Notes: generated from the letters alone by a model not told the origin. A stretch of 64,000 nucleotides of DNA from Syncephalis fuscata S228 (GCA_025786725.1 JAHLTZ010000005.1:806001-870000); one strand, 5' to 3'; counted from the stretch's first letter, positions 24,882 to 39,000 are shown. Translations and numbers: made by a program.

Positions 24882-27607
24882 ATGTTGCTTAAACAATGGA
24901 AAGATGAAGTGACAGCAGCTGGGCAAGCTGGCCATGAACAAGAGCTTGCTATGCTATGGCTAGACAATAATGAGGTACTTGTCTTTATGAATGCGGCAAT
25001 TGAAGCTTATTGACACTTGCTTGTGTATCTATAGATATTGACGGTGCAAGGACAAGTGCGCTAATTCCTTGGTATGGCGCACTATCCTGTGCTGGTCATA
25101 CGCTATGTCCTAATACAGAATGGCAACGGGCTGTAGAAGCAAGTAGAACGAATAAAAATATTACTGACTATAATGAAAAGGCCATGATTACATGGCTACG
25201 CGTCTATCCGTGCTATTCAGCCTCCACACATGCCCTTCTTACGTTGAGACAGCAAACACTTACTAAATCATCATCGAGACCGTTTATGTGCCGATGACCG
25301 TAACAGCTCAAGATAGTACAGATGGAGAGCTGCAACATCAGCAGCTGCAACTACAACGGCAGCAATCATTATTAGCGCAAGGTTGGTCGCTTTGGCGATC
25401 ACTTTGCTCTGATATCGATACTGCAAAGCACAAAGAAGGGCTGCCGTTTTATTACTATCAATTCGCTGGACAGGTATAGAATCAATTGAACAAATGCCTG
25501 GATTAGGATTCCAAGGTATTTTCACAGGACATGGAAGATACGGCGCAACAAAAAACGATAATAAAGAGCTAAAGCTGTCAAAGACTAGTTCTAATTCTAA
25601 AAAGCAACAACAATCCTCAACAGAGATATTGTCATCGGCTGAAGAAAGCAATACAGAGGATAAACAGCGTAGTGCAAACAAAGAAGCGGAAGAGGAGGAG
25701 GAGGAAGAAGAGAGCCGTGGACAACGACCTACAAAAAAAGCTCGTCACAATTATATAGATCAAACAAATAATACATCAGCCATTGCATGGCGACAAGTAC
25801 TTTGTGATGGTTTTTATAAAGTAAATGTCAAAGATGATTATTTATTTAGTTATTTATAATATTACTAGATTCTAGATACAGACATTATTGGAGCAGTTCC
25901 TTTAACTATTCCTTGGACCTGGCAACAAATGGCCGAATCTTTAACAGTTCAGTCAAGTACGTTAAATGAATATTATAAATGTTATAAACAGCAATAATTA
26001 TTAAATTATTTATATCCTAGATGAATCATTACAAACACCGCCTATTATTCTTATTACAGGAGCAAAGAATATGGGTAAATCGACATTTAGTCGTTATTTA
26101 GTAAATATGCTATTGAATAGGTAAATTAATTGACAATTAATACCAAACATTAATATATTTCTTGTAATTAACTTTTACACATTACTGTATAGTTATCCAG
26201 AAATCGCCTATCTTGATGGCGATCTTGGTCAGCCTGAATTTACACCATCAGGATTTGTATCGCTCCATCGAATTACTGAGCCAATATTAGGTATATATAC
26301 ATATGTAGCTTATCTGTTTATTATAAATTGATTGGTTATTGGTATAGGTCCACCGTATACACATCTACGTATACCGTATCGATCGGCATTCTTAGGCCGT
26401 GTCTCGCCCAAAGATGATCCCGATGACTATATGGAAGCAATTAATTGTATGATTCAAGTTTATCGTAAAGAAATTGCTCAACATGCCGTGGGTGCTGATG
26501 GATGGGCACGCGAACAAGGTATTCCCCTCGTAGTTAATACACATGGCTGGATTAAAGGTAATTATTATAAAAATGTTACAATGTTATTACTAATACTAAT
26601 ACTTATATAATTATTATACTCATTATTAGGCATGGGATTAGATTTATTAATACAACAGTTTAATCTATTACAACCTACACATGCTGGTCATTTATCGCCT
26701 GATATGCGTTTTCCTATATCACTACCCTCTGATATAAATACACAGATTATTCATTTGGATACAGCTGAGACTGCCGTAATGAATATGACTACAACACGTA
26801 CACCGAATCTATCTCGTAAATTGCGTCGATTCCATGCTGCAGATTTACGAACTGCTCATTGGTATCGCAGCTTTATGCCACTTCGATTTCTAGACAGTAT
26901 TATTTTAAACGTACTTTATGGACACGTGAGCCATTATGGGCATTTGATACACCATTAACGACCCGTCCTCCTTGGTCGGTACCGTGGTCATCCGTTGAAA
27001 TACGTCTATTGGCCATCGATAATCCTGTACCTATGAGCGAAGTATTATGGGCATTAAACGGTACATTAGTAGCATTAATGACGCCTGTTAATGATGAAAC
27101 AAGATCAATAGCAACTCATACAACTGAATACACACCGGAACAAGACTCAGCGACAACAACAGCGACTTTTGAGCCTGAAGGATCATCGCAATTCATTGTA
27201 AGTTATACTTTTATTTTAATAGACATGCTTACTTATTTTTACGATTTTTACGATAGAATTATAATCCAGAACTAGGTATTGTTTCGCCATATCGTTATAC
27301 ATGCTTGGGACTGGGTCTGGTGCGAGCAATTGATCCAGAACGGCGCAAATACTATTTATTAGCGCCATATACCCATAAGCAATTAAGCAAAGTACAGTTG
27401 CTAGTACGAGGTGCGATTGAATTGCCCATCTGCTGCACTATTGATGGTGGAGCACGCCGTACTGTTTTATCCGATGTAGCTGATCGAAATGGTATTACCG
27501 TGCCTTATGTGAAATTTGGCACGCCTGAAGGCGCCGGTGCAGTAGCGTGGCGTGTTAGACGTAATATACTACGTAAACGACACGATACACCAGTTAAACC
27601 AAAATAA
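24882..27607 (+). CDS. GRC3: Polynucleotide 5'-hydroxyl kinase Grc3/Nol9 (Clp1 family), multi-exon
   Basis: P-loop ITGAKNMGKSTFSRYLVNMLLN, YLDGDLGQPEFTPSG, PLVVNTHGWIKG, CLGLGLVRAID, C-terminal PYV...RRN. Confidence 0.9.
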
Positions 27608-27620
27608 ATTCATTTATTCA

Positions 27621-29086
27621 TTATACAGTAGTAGCAGGGAAAGATGGCGATGGCGGAGATGACGACGATAAACGGTCAGTCTCTTTTGATTCTTGTGTTG
27701 TACAGCCAGCTATACGAAGGGCACGGTCTAGATCTTCTAGTAAATCGTCCCCATCTTCAATGCCTACACATAGACGAATAACATCCTCGGGTAATTGACG
27801 TGCCTGACGTACTTCGGCCGGAATACTGGCATGCGACATACGGCATGGCATACTAGAATGTCAATCATATTAGTATTTGATTTGATTGTATATATTATAT
27901 ACTATTGACCTAATTAATGAGTTAACACAGCCGAAACTAACGCTAATACCCCAAAGTCGAGCCGATTCAACAATACGCTCACTAAGTAATGGATCACCGG
28001 TCTCAAAACTTAGTACAGCGCCAGGCCCATCGGATAAACGACGATGCAGTTCATACTGTGGATGCGAGGCTAGACCCGGGTAATGAACACGGAATCCACG
28101 CTGTTCCAGAAATAGTGCAACACGTTCGGCATTGTGTTGTTGACGTTCCATTCTAACTGCAAGTGTTTTTATACCTCGAAGTAGAAGCCAGCAATCAAAT
28201 GGACCAAGACCACAGCCAGCTGCATTAATTACAAATGCTACTCGCTCGGCCAAAGCCGCACTACGTACACCGATGACACCTGCCATCAAATCGTGATGAC
28301 CCGATAAATACTTGGTACCACTGTGATATTCAATATCTGCACCAAGATTAAGGGTGCGTTGTAGAAATGGCGACATCATCGTATTATCAACGACAACAAT
28401 GGCATCTGGACAGCGTTCATGCACAAGTGTGGCTATTTTCTGTATATCTGCAATACGAATCATCGGATTGGTAGGTGTTTCGAGCAATACCATACTGACA
28501 GGTCCTGCTTCTAGCTGTGCCTTGACTGCCTCCACACTTGTCGTGTCAACATGATGCGTTTCAATACCGGCGTGTTGACGTAAAAATCCCAACAGTCGAT
28601 TTGTGCCACCGTATAGATCATCGCCAGCAATGACATGATCTCCTGCTCGTGCCAGTCGCATAATCACGTCAAGCGCACTCATACCACTAGTGACGGCAAA
28701 GGCTCGGCTGGCCCCCATAATCTTTGCAACGTGGTTTTCTAAATGTTATAATATCAATTAGCCGGTCTAAGCATTAATAAAAAGTTGGTTTAATATAACT
28801 GTCAATATTTACCAAGATGAGTTCGCGTTGGATTGCCCGAGCGTGAATAATCGTATTCACCACACTGAGTGGCCGACGTTTGCTTAAACGTTGCCGTTTG
28901 GTAGATAGGCACAGAAGCCGCGCGGTAAGGGTCCTTTACGCTATTGCCCGACTCGTCATAGCTATCGACACTTACAAGTTCAGTAGCTAGGCGATAGCGA
29001 CGTCGCTGTCCAAGTTCCGCTGAGCTTGCGGTGCCATCAGTAGTTAGCGACGAGACAGATTCCACTACACTTATAGCATCCGTCAT
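27621..29086 (-). CDS. STR3: Cystathionine beta-lyase (Cys/Met PLP-dependent family), 3 exons
   Basis: PIYQTATFKQ, YDYSRSGNPTR, LETPTNP, VVVDNTMMSP, PLP lysine in SGTKYLSGHHDLMAG, ISVSFGCVNSLI, MPCRMSHASIP. Confidence 0.95.
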
Positions 29087-29246
29087 TGAAAATAGAGTAA
29101 AAGACAGAGCTCAGCAATAGAGAGTAGCGACAAGAGCAGTAGAGAGTAGCAGCGATGGCTTAAGGGAAAGATAAAGGCGTAGTGATTGTAGAGTGACAAC
29201 GATATTTGCCGCGGTTATTTAAATGTAATAAAATCTTTCAATTGCG

Positions 29247-29274
29247 TGATTGGTAAAACGCTACATTGATTGGT
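29247..29274 (-). promoter_or_regulatory. Two CCAAT boxes 20 bp apart upstream of STR3
   Basis: TGATTGGT at 29247 and 29267 (ACCAATCA on the gene strand), 160-190 bp upstream of the ATG. Confidence 0.55.
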
Positions 29275-29442
29275 GGATTAAATAAGCCGTCCTAGATCTA
29301 CCTGCCCAGACAGCGATGGTGTTATTTGATTATTTTATTTATCTGGTATGGCTGTTTTTTGGGCTTTTATTAAATTGATAGGGGGGAAATTTGCATATTT
29401 TATTATCGAATAAAGTAACATAAAAATGGTTTATTTATAATC

Positions 29443-31438
29443 TCATTGTGTAAAGGAAGCAAGTGATGGTAGAGGAGAAAAGTGCATGGGCAGCGCTTTA
29501 GGAATAGTAATTTCACCCGATCTAAGGTGTAGTTGATCTTGGTGTTCACTATCCTTGGGCAATTGCCAGGAGTAGGCACGTAGAATCATTGAAAGGGCAA
29601 CGCGTTGTTCGGCAAGTGCCATATTCATAGCAATACCTATTTGTATCGATTATCAGTATTGTTGGTATTGGATCTACAAATAATGGCTATTACTTACAGC
29701 TACGCTCCCCGCCGAGGAATGGGGCCCAAGTGTTGGGAAGGGGTGCTTTCTTTGCATCTAAAAAGCGCTCTGGATCAAACTTTTCGGCATCGTTCCAGTA
29801 GCGTTCACTATGATGGATCGAGTAGATATCGATTGTGCAGAATGTGCCTCGTGGTAAAACAATACCATCGCCAACATCGATGTCTTCGGTAACCATACGT
29901 GTGGGTACCTGTGGCACTGGTGGCACCAGTCGTAATGATTCTTTTATAATGGCATTCAAATAAACAAGTTCCCTTTGTTGTTCGGCGGTTGGATGCACAC
30001 TTAAATCAGATCCTAAAACTTTAGTTGCTTCGTCGCGAGCTCGCTCTTGCATCTCCTATGTAGTGGATGAATAAGCAATGGCTACTAAAGCGTAATTAAA
30101 AACTTACAGGATATTTGCCCAAAAAGTACATAATTGCTGTAATTGCTGTCGAGGTAGTGTCATGACCGGCAAAAAAGAAAGCACACGTGTTATCCTATAA
30201 TTAGATTTGTATATCAGTATTACTGGCTATTAGTATGAGTGAACACCAATAATAATAATAGTACTAATACCCGTAGTTCCTGGTCAGTAAGTGGATCATC
30301 CTCTTGTTCCGAAGCCAGTATCATTAAACTAAGCAAATCCATTGTCTTTTTGTCAATATCATCTTCGGCCATAGATTGCTGTATTACAGCGCGTTTCTCA
30401 GCAATAAGCTTGAAAAACAATTGGTTTAATTGATTAAACGATTCCCAACAGCGTTTACGAATAGGATTCCAGGGTCGATCGAGAGCTGGCATGGTGGCTG
30501 GAATAAATGAAAGCAAGAAGATAGAATATTTTCTTGTAGTTTTGGATACGGAGCATCTTCATCGGCAACCGCCTATATATTAGTCGATTTTAATAAATTA
30601 TAAATAGCTGTTTAATAAATACTTGCATTAAAATTATAGCCAAATATTGTATTTCCAAGAATATCCATAATAAGTCTAATCGTTACTAATAAGTACTCAT
30701 TTTATTAAGCCATATATAACAGCTTACCGTTTGGCCCAGTCAGTCACATCGATGGGCTTGTCATCGATTGTTTTCCACTTGGCGAGCATTTCGCGCGTAC
30801 AATCGGCAAATATATTCATTGGCAATGGCCGGCGAAGAGCAGGCAAACATATACGTTGTATACGCTTCCATTCCTGATGTTGCAATGTTTAAATGCATAT
30901 CACACTAATAATGTATAAATAAAACTAAACCTACCTCGCCATTTATTACAACAATATTTGTGCCAAAATAATTATCCATAAGTGATCCAGGTAAATAGGC
31001 AGATGTTGAGATTTTTTGAAATACATCTAGTGCTTTGTTGGTATGGTTGTGAATATAACATGTCAGTAACTATACCTGGCCGACTAAAGAAAAGACGTGC
31101 ACGCTCTGCTGTAGCCAAATAAACAATCCAAATAGGACCTGTCCGAACCTGGTCACAATTAACATAACGAGCATCAATAAAGCAGTATTACTTACCTGTG
31201 CAATACCGGCACTATCAACAAGAGGCTTCAAATGCTTTGAGTATAGATACTCGTGACCTTCATTGCGTAATAATGAGAGCCATCGTTTGATGATGGATGT
31301 TCGAGGGATGTTCTTCTGCGACGGTGGCGGACTTGTTGATTGATATAAATAACGAAAAGCTAATACTGATACTACTGCTGTAATCGAAAGAGCTAGATTT
31401 TCTTCAACAAACCGCTGCAACATATTCAAATTTGGCAT
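29443..31438 (-). CDS. Cytochrome P450, multi-exon
   Basis: N-terminal TM anchor, I-helix FFAGHDTTS, ExxR (IKESLR), FDPERF, and heme motif PFLGGERSC|IGIAM. Confidence 0.95.
30573..30626 (-). other. GC-AG intron in the P450 gene
   Basis: FGYNFN|gcaagt...atatag|AVADED keeps the frame. The nearby GT donor leads to a stop. Confidence 0.75.
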
Positions 31439-31968
31439 ATTAACCTTAGAAATTAAGGATTTTTTGTGAAAAACAAAACCAAATAGTTGCGAAAGAAATA
31501 CGCAAACAGAAAGAGGCGGCGTTGCGCTAGACAACGAACAGAAGACTGTTAGTATAGAAATAGCTAAAGACAGTTACACGTGTAACAAATAACCGGAATG
31601 ATTTGTACAACATAAAGATGAATGTTTTATAGTCTATAAACATTAATGCATTGTTTACTGCACATTTACGATATTTAACCATTTAAAAATGCAATTTAAT
31701 AGAAATAGAGCCGACTTGAATATGAAAAGTTATAATTTACTCTAATTCGCTATAATCTATTGTTTAATAAAAAGTAATAGCTAAACTTGATTACATCTAA
31801 TAGAATTAATCTACCAACATTAATCCATAAAACCAATGTTGGTCATGATAAATTAAGCATGCTTAGAAAATAATTCAAATATAGAAACCGGAGACAATAA
31901 ATTTTTTAAAAGTAATAAATATATAAAATGTTGTATTATTAAATATACGGATTAGAATTAAAGTGCCA

Positions 31969-34900
31969 TTATTGCTTGTTTAAACTGGCCACCAACTCCA
32001 AAACTGACGTTCGTGGTGGTAATTGTGTTGCCGGCTTTTTGGTTGGAATGTCTTGTTCCCTAGGTATAGGAGAATTCTTAATGGCTCTAGGCAAGATTGG
32101 CCACCATTCTGGTACACGCTGTGCCACAGGAGGCTGTTCAAAACACGGCGATGGTTTAGCTGTAACTTTCTTTATCGGTTTGCCCTCAAAACGCAAAATC
32201 ATATCGGACACTGGCTTTCCATGAATTGGCGTAGCTAATTTATGGTTTGATATGTGCTCTGTTCTCTCATTATTTCTGCTATTTGTTGTTTCTAAATCCA
32301 TTAATACTTGTTTGACTTGAAGCGGCTTTGGAGGGATTGGCGCTTCAATCTTTTCACATTTTGGCGGATTCCACGGAATCTGTGTGGCTAGTACTCGTAA
32401 GAGAGGGTGCTTTTTTGTCTTGCATTTTGTTGTCTGGATTTGCGGCTGACCATAGTTGAGCAAGGCGCTGTACGTTACCCCGCGTAAGTAAAGTAGCTTC
32501 CTTTTCACTCGGAGCGTCTGAAGAGCATTGTGATGTTGCTGGTGTTAAAGGAGGATCAGAGGTATCGCTGTCGTTTTCTGTAAATGTAAGCGACAGCGCT
32601 TCTGATGCAGAAGAACTGCTTGTGGTAGATGGCGATATATTCTGCTTATTCTGCTTAGACGAAGCAGCTTCAAAGTCTAGTGCTGTTTGCTTAAATACTT
32701 CTACTTTATCTAAGACTGGCGATGTGGTTTCTGATAAATTCTCTTGGCTAACAGACTTGGTATTGTTAATAAACGGTTTTTCTGCTTGATCATTGCAAGT
32801 CTGCTCAACATCTTGCGCACTCTCTGTTGAAGTGTCAGCTTCAAATAGTTCTAAGCTTGCACTTGTGTCACTTTTGGATGCTGATGCGTGTTTTTTACGA
32901 CCATCAGGCTGATTATTGTTACTGTTTTCTTCAACCACACATTGTGCTAAAGACTCGGCTAAATGTGTGCTGCTAAATTGAACAATAATTACGGGTGCAG
33001 GCCAATCATCCATAATTAAGGTATTTTGATGTTCGTAAATACGCATGTCAGGCTTAACGTACATTTGATGAATCATAGCTGTGCAGGCAGTGACAACATC
33101 CACGCTGACTGTCATGTAGGCTGGCACAAGCTTTATATTAAGGAATGACTGACGACGTTCTGGCCAGCTACAAACTAGTTGCTTCTCTTGTGCTACGTAG
33201 TTCCAAATGACTTGCACCTTTCCTAGTCCTAGACACTGCCATTGATTGCTGCCTGTAACGGCATAAACCTTTGCTAATTGTTCAAAAAGTACCGGCTTAT
33301 TTAAAGATTCTTGTTTGTTTTTGACTAACATGGAAAACAGCTTTTTCAATTGTTCTTCTTTATGCGTTCTACTAAGCTTGACTGCGCCAACTAGATTGTT
33401 CTCTGACTTCATAGATGTTATCGGGGCCGTCATTGCTTTTTTAGCGTGCTTGATACATGCGCGTATGTTTTTCCATGCCAAATGAATATTCTTTTCAGAA
33501 CCACGAAAGCCTAGTATCCATTTAGACGAGTGTTCCAATATTGTAACACGTAAAGTTCGTTTTGATAATAAATCTACAGTTGTATTAAAATCTAGCATAT
33601 CGGCAGAAATAATTGTACGCCGTGTGATAGCATGTCGAATAGAAAATACCAAACGATCATTGCCGCAATTCACAAATGCAAATACGCATGAACCTATGTA
33701 ATGCCATCCATCGGTGGTCATTATACAAGCTTGCATTTCATTTGTTTCTGGTGATGGTACAGTATTTAGTGTATAATTTACCGGTGTCGACTGCTGTTTT
33801 GCCATTAATTGCCGTAACTGTTCCTTATGAATAATATTGTATAAAGTTTGAGCAAACTTCACTCGAATCATTTCGAACCGATAAGAATTGCCTAGTGTTA
33901 TTTGAGAACCGTTTTGCCGTACCTCCATGCTAGGCACTAACCATTGCCAGAAAAATAGTGCTGGTGCTTGTGAAACTGTGTTTGATGATTGGGTGTGTTT
34001 TGGAGGACGTACAAATGCCACAATTAGTGGCTGTTTTTGTTTGCCAGATGTACGGCGAAGCTCGATCACTACGCGCGAACATGAAAGATGATCAGTTTGT
34101 GTTGGCCAAAAAGTCGAGCACATTTGTAGACTAATATTCCTCACACGACACATAAGTTCACTTCCCTCCAATGGTGGAGGCGATGAACTTTTTGGCGCGG
34201 TTGAAACAGTTGGCATATGGTTTTTAGTAACAAAGTCTATAATTATTTATAAATAATGCTGTTATTTAATTTATTATGCAATTTACCAGTTTCTAAACTG
34301 CGAATCTCATTAAATTTACTAAGCCATGCATTTCTTTTAGCTTCAGAACTGGTTTGTAAAATAATTGGTTCATTTTGGTCGACTGTTAACTCAAACGACC
34401 ATGAAAGTTCTAGATTATTTAAATCAGTATCAATATCACTTGTTTACCATATAATTACCTTTTTGTGTACTCAAATGTATTGCGGCTGCAGATACCTTGG
34501 TAACGGGAACTGGCGGTATAAATAAACAAAGATCTTTGTTTGGATATACCGTAGATGGCTTGCAAACAACAATAACATCATTAAATAGCAATATAACAAA
34601 TAATTCTTGCGTTTCGACTTGTAGTATTTTTGAATAATCGCCAGAGTCTGGCATTTCAAAACCATGAAATTTGATTTTGCTGATTAAACGACGTGATTCA
34701 AACGTATTTTCAGTAACGATGGGTTCGATCAGATTCTAAATAATGTTATATTTACTGTTTTTAGTTATACTGTTTTGTTAAATAAAGTTAATTTACCTTA
34801 TGGTCATTTGCTGATACGACAATACGATCCTGAATCGTTATTAGCTTTTTGTACTCTTCTATAAGCTGATCCGTTCTGTAGAGAATATCAGCAATGCTGC

Positions 34901-35641
34901 TAAAACGTGCCACGGCCTCTGAAAATTGAGTGCTCAATAGCTCGTGTTTGGCCACTGAAGTTTCCGTGAATGCCTATATTTATATTAGCAAAATACTGCC
35001 TGTAAATAATCCATTTATTATAAATTACTTACTGTTAAAAAGCTTTTATAAGCAATTACACGATTAATAGGTGCCCGTATTAGTACATCTATATCGCACA
35101 AGCGTCATTTTGCATTCCACGCTGTTGCTTTGTCGCTGGTATGATTGCTAAATCGCTATCACTATTTTTTACGTAAAGATCAATACAATATTGTAGTTTG
35201 ACCATATTTGCCACATATTCCGAATAAGCCAAATCCGAAACAATCATCTAGTTATAGTTAGCACATACTACATTAGCTAATTAGCATAATTTACCCAATG
35301 AAAAATATGGCCGACTATTTGCGTAATACGCTGTGGATTAATATTTTTGGTAACCTATTTGGTTTTAATATTTGTAATGTTGCCTGTTAGTCTATTCAAT
35401 GCTTACTTGTATTATCTGGGCACTGCATTGCCGAATAGCATCTAAATGCTGATATAGCGAATGAGGCGGACACCATATTGCCTCTTGGTGTAACTGTTGC
35501 AGAAACTATGGCCAGTTTAAGCCATTTGTTCACAATTAAGCCAAGTGCTCAGCTTACCTTTTCTATCGCTGATAGCTTTTGTAGAAACTCTCTTTCATCG
35601 ACCGCCAACTCTTTTATCAATTCCAGCGTATAGCTTAACAT
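31969..35641 (-). CDS. DH-PH (RhoGEF-like) protein with extra PH/EVH1-like domains and a disordered tail, multi-exon
   Basis: ELAVDEREFLQKL, IVGHIF, YSEYVAN, LIRAPINRVIAYKKLL, PH VILLFNDVIVVCK. The tail probably joins ORF 31969-32508 through a frameshift. Confidence 0.7.
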
Positions 35642-36060
35642 TATTAATTTATGAACAACACAAGATAATAGCACATTAACAAAAAAGTAGTTAACCCAGG
35701 ATAAACAGATATAGTAATTATTATTAGTTTTTATAAGTAAACGAACATGCGTTCTAGTAACTAAGACATTATTCAATAAACATAAAACAACGTAGATTGT
35801 TTACTATTGGTCAATAGATGTATTAAATGATCATCAACGTCACAGCATTTTGAAACAACAATAACTAATAATAGTAATAACAACAACAATCATTATCATC
35901 ATCATCACTATACGTCATTGTCCTGTCCACTGAGAATGTTCACACACTTAAACAACAACAACAACAACTGGAACCTCCCATCTTTTTATAGTCACACTAC
36001 GCCAGACTATCTAATTTCTGTACATTCATTATACTAGTACGGTGTTTATCATCTGTCGCT

Positions 36061-39000
36061 ATGTTTCGTTACTTGGATAAAAGAGAGTTGTTTGGTCCGG
36101 GTGGCCATCCGATTCAGTTTAGTATGTCTAATAAGAGCGCCCTGTTATTGTTTGCCCAGCCTTACAATTTTTGTTATGACTATTAGTTAGTAACGTCTAT
36201 TCGGCTGGCAGCCTTGTACGGAGACTTGAGAAAACCACTGAACTTATTGGCCATAGTGGCTGCGTCAATGCGCTTAGGCAAGTCGGTCGGCATTCTACCC
36301 GTTAGCACTGCGTTAATCTTACGTTTACTTAGTTGGTCGGAGACAGGACGACATCTTCTATCTGGCTCGGACGACGCTCAGCTATGTATATGGGATGCCA
36401 GTGATTACTCACTGGTGTGCAAGATCGCCACTGGTAGGTAAATTGCTGTTGTTATGCCACCACTCACAATAAAATAGGTCATCGGGCAAATATATTCAGT
36501 GCAAAGTTTATGCCGCAAACCAGCGACACGACAATTACTTGCTGTTCTGGTGACGGCGAGATTCGCGTATTTGATGTTCATTACAGTCGCTCACGCGCTA
36601 TTAATGAAAAAGCGCGTATGCGACATGTATTTTCCTGTCATTCCAGTCGGACCAAGCGAATTGCCGTAGAAGATAATCCATGGTCGTTTTTATCTTGTGG
36701 CGAAGACGGTAATTAGCACACTATACATATACTAGCAATATACTGGCGTGTTATTAATATTGGTTTATAGGAACTGTACGTCAGTTTGATCTGCGTTCTC
36801 CGCACAACTGCGAAGACAATACGTGTCCTTCTCCATTAGTGGATCTTGGATTGTATGGCATTGAATTGCACGGTTTAACGCTTAATCCATTTCAGTCACA
36901 ATATTTGGCCATTTGCGGAACAAGTCCTTTTGTATATCTTTATGATCGCCGTATGATTCGGGATGACGCAACTGGATGTGTGAGTCGATTTGTACCAAAA
37001 TCCAATTTTGATCCAAGTGGCCATGTAACTGCTGTAAAATTTGGAACAGCTTCTAGACATGAGGTAACTAATAGGGAATAGTGGATGTATTATCAGCTAA
37101 CTAATTTACGCTACAAGTTACTTGGCACTTGGTCCGGCGATGCCATTTATCTATTCGATATATTTGGCGATAAGGACGAGAATACGTCTGAAGTAGCAAC
37201 AAACCATAAAACCACTTACAATCCATCGCAAGAAGAGGTCAAATCTAATGGATCTTCAGAGAATTCGATGAATCAGAGTACTAATAGCTTTACAGCAACA
37301 AGATCTATTATGCTGGAAACACCTTCGCTAATTAGTGGTACAGGAGATAATACAAACACTACAGCACATACTAATAGCGAAAATATCGATAACACAAGTG
37401 TGTTTGAAGATACAACGAGAGAAGACAATGCATCTAGAGAAAACGACGCATCAGACTCAGAACTTGAAAATGCATACCGTCATTCAGCAAATAGTGGCGA
37501 ATCTGCAAATGTTGCTACATCAACTGAATTACCCACTATAGCCGATGGAGTTGAAGCCTTTAAAAATAATGATTATAAGAATTGTATTAGTATTTTTACC
37601 CGACTTATTCGTCGTAAAGACTGGCAAATGATTCAAAATGCACGTGAAGGTGCTACATTTGATTGGGAATCAGTCAAATATAGAGACAATATACATTCGA
37701 TCTACTACAGAATGCGCGCCATTGCCTATTTGCAACTATCAAAGACAGCTGCACTTAATTCAGAGTCACTACAAAACATGGATTTGGCATTGCGGGATGC
37801 ATCGCGCGCCACTAGTTTAAATGATGAAGAGCCACAAAACTGGTGGAGTCGTGCAGTCTGTCGATGGGCACTTGCTCAACATGAAACAAATGAAGCGCGA
37901 CGAAAACAAATACTAGCAGTTGCACTTGAACATGCAAATAAGGCTCGCAGTTTATTGAATGCTGACACTGAATTCATAGCCAATGATTTAAATGATTTTA
38001 TTGATGAGATTAGTCAACAATCTACACGCGATACAAGTGAAGCTGATCATCTTGCGCCTAGTACTTCTCGTAAACGGCGTCGTTCAGAAACTGAAATTGC
38101 ACCACTGGCTACTGATACATCCAGTTCGGTACAAGGATCATCAAATGATACCACTATGGAAGTGAATCAAAAGATTGGATAGACCGTGTATCGGTTATCT
38201 ATCAAATGCCCGATCCTATGGCATTGAGCCGTATGGATCATATGCACGATTTATCAAAGTATAATAATACAGATTCCAGCGATATAAACGATAATAGTAG
38301 TGAAGAAAATAACTATACGAGCGACAGCGATGAAAACCATATCAATGAAGATAGTAGCAATGAAGATCATAGCAGTGAAGATAGTGATCACCAAATTCTT
38401 ATTATTGGAGATAATCATGATGACGACACCAGCTTGTCATCGCAAAATGTGTTTGATTTAAGAGGTTTTATAAATGGAACCGGCTCATCACCACAGGAGG
38501 ATTCTAGTATGGCAGATATTTTCCACGCCAATGATTCGAGTGACGACGGCATTTATGGTGGAATAGGATCAGTGATTCTGATGATGACGATGATGACGAT
38601 TCTGATGATTCTGATGACGACAACGACGACTCTGATGATTATGAAAATGCAATACACGAGTCATCATTGGTTGGTCGTATTTTTAATCGGTCAGTGAGTC
38701 GTATTAATCGCTGTGAAAGCGATAGCCATGCCATCATGAAACATCCAGTTATAAAGGACATTGTAATGTTGATGCAAGTATTGTAGTCGTAATTTGTCAA
38801 AATATAGACTTATTTAATAATCAAATAGACGGTAAAAGATGTAAATTTTACGGCCCACGAGACGAGTACATTATTTCTGGAAGTGATGATGGCAATTTGT
38901 TTATTTGGGAGAAGTCCACCGGAAAGCTTATTCAAATATTAGAAGGCGATGAAGAGGTTGTTAATGTGACTGAAGTAAGATGATAGTTAATTTATCATTA

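Noticed and set aside
15297-31438. Tyrosinases, P450 and methyltransferase as a secondary-metabolite cluster
   Set aside because: No backbone synthase or transporter. The genes are interleaved with housekeeping genes, and the tyrosinases are secreted.
38560-38697. Hydrophobic MMTMMTILMILM tail as a TM segment in WDTC1
   Set aside because: It is the off-frame reading of a GAT/GAC poly-Asp tract after a frameshift.
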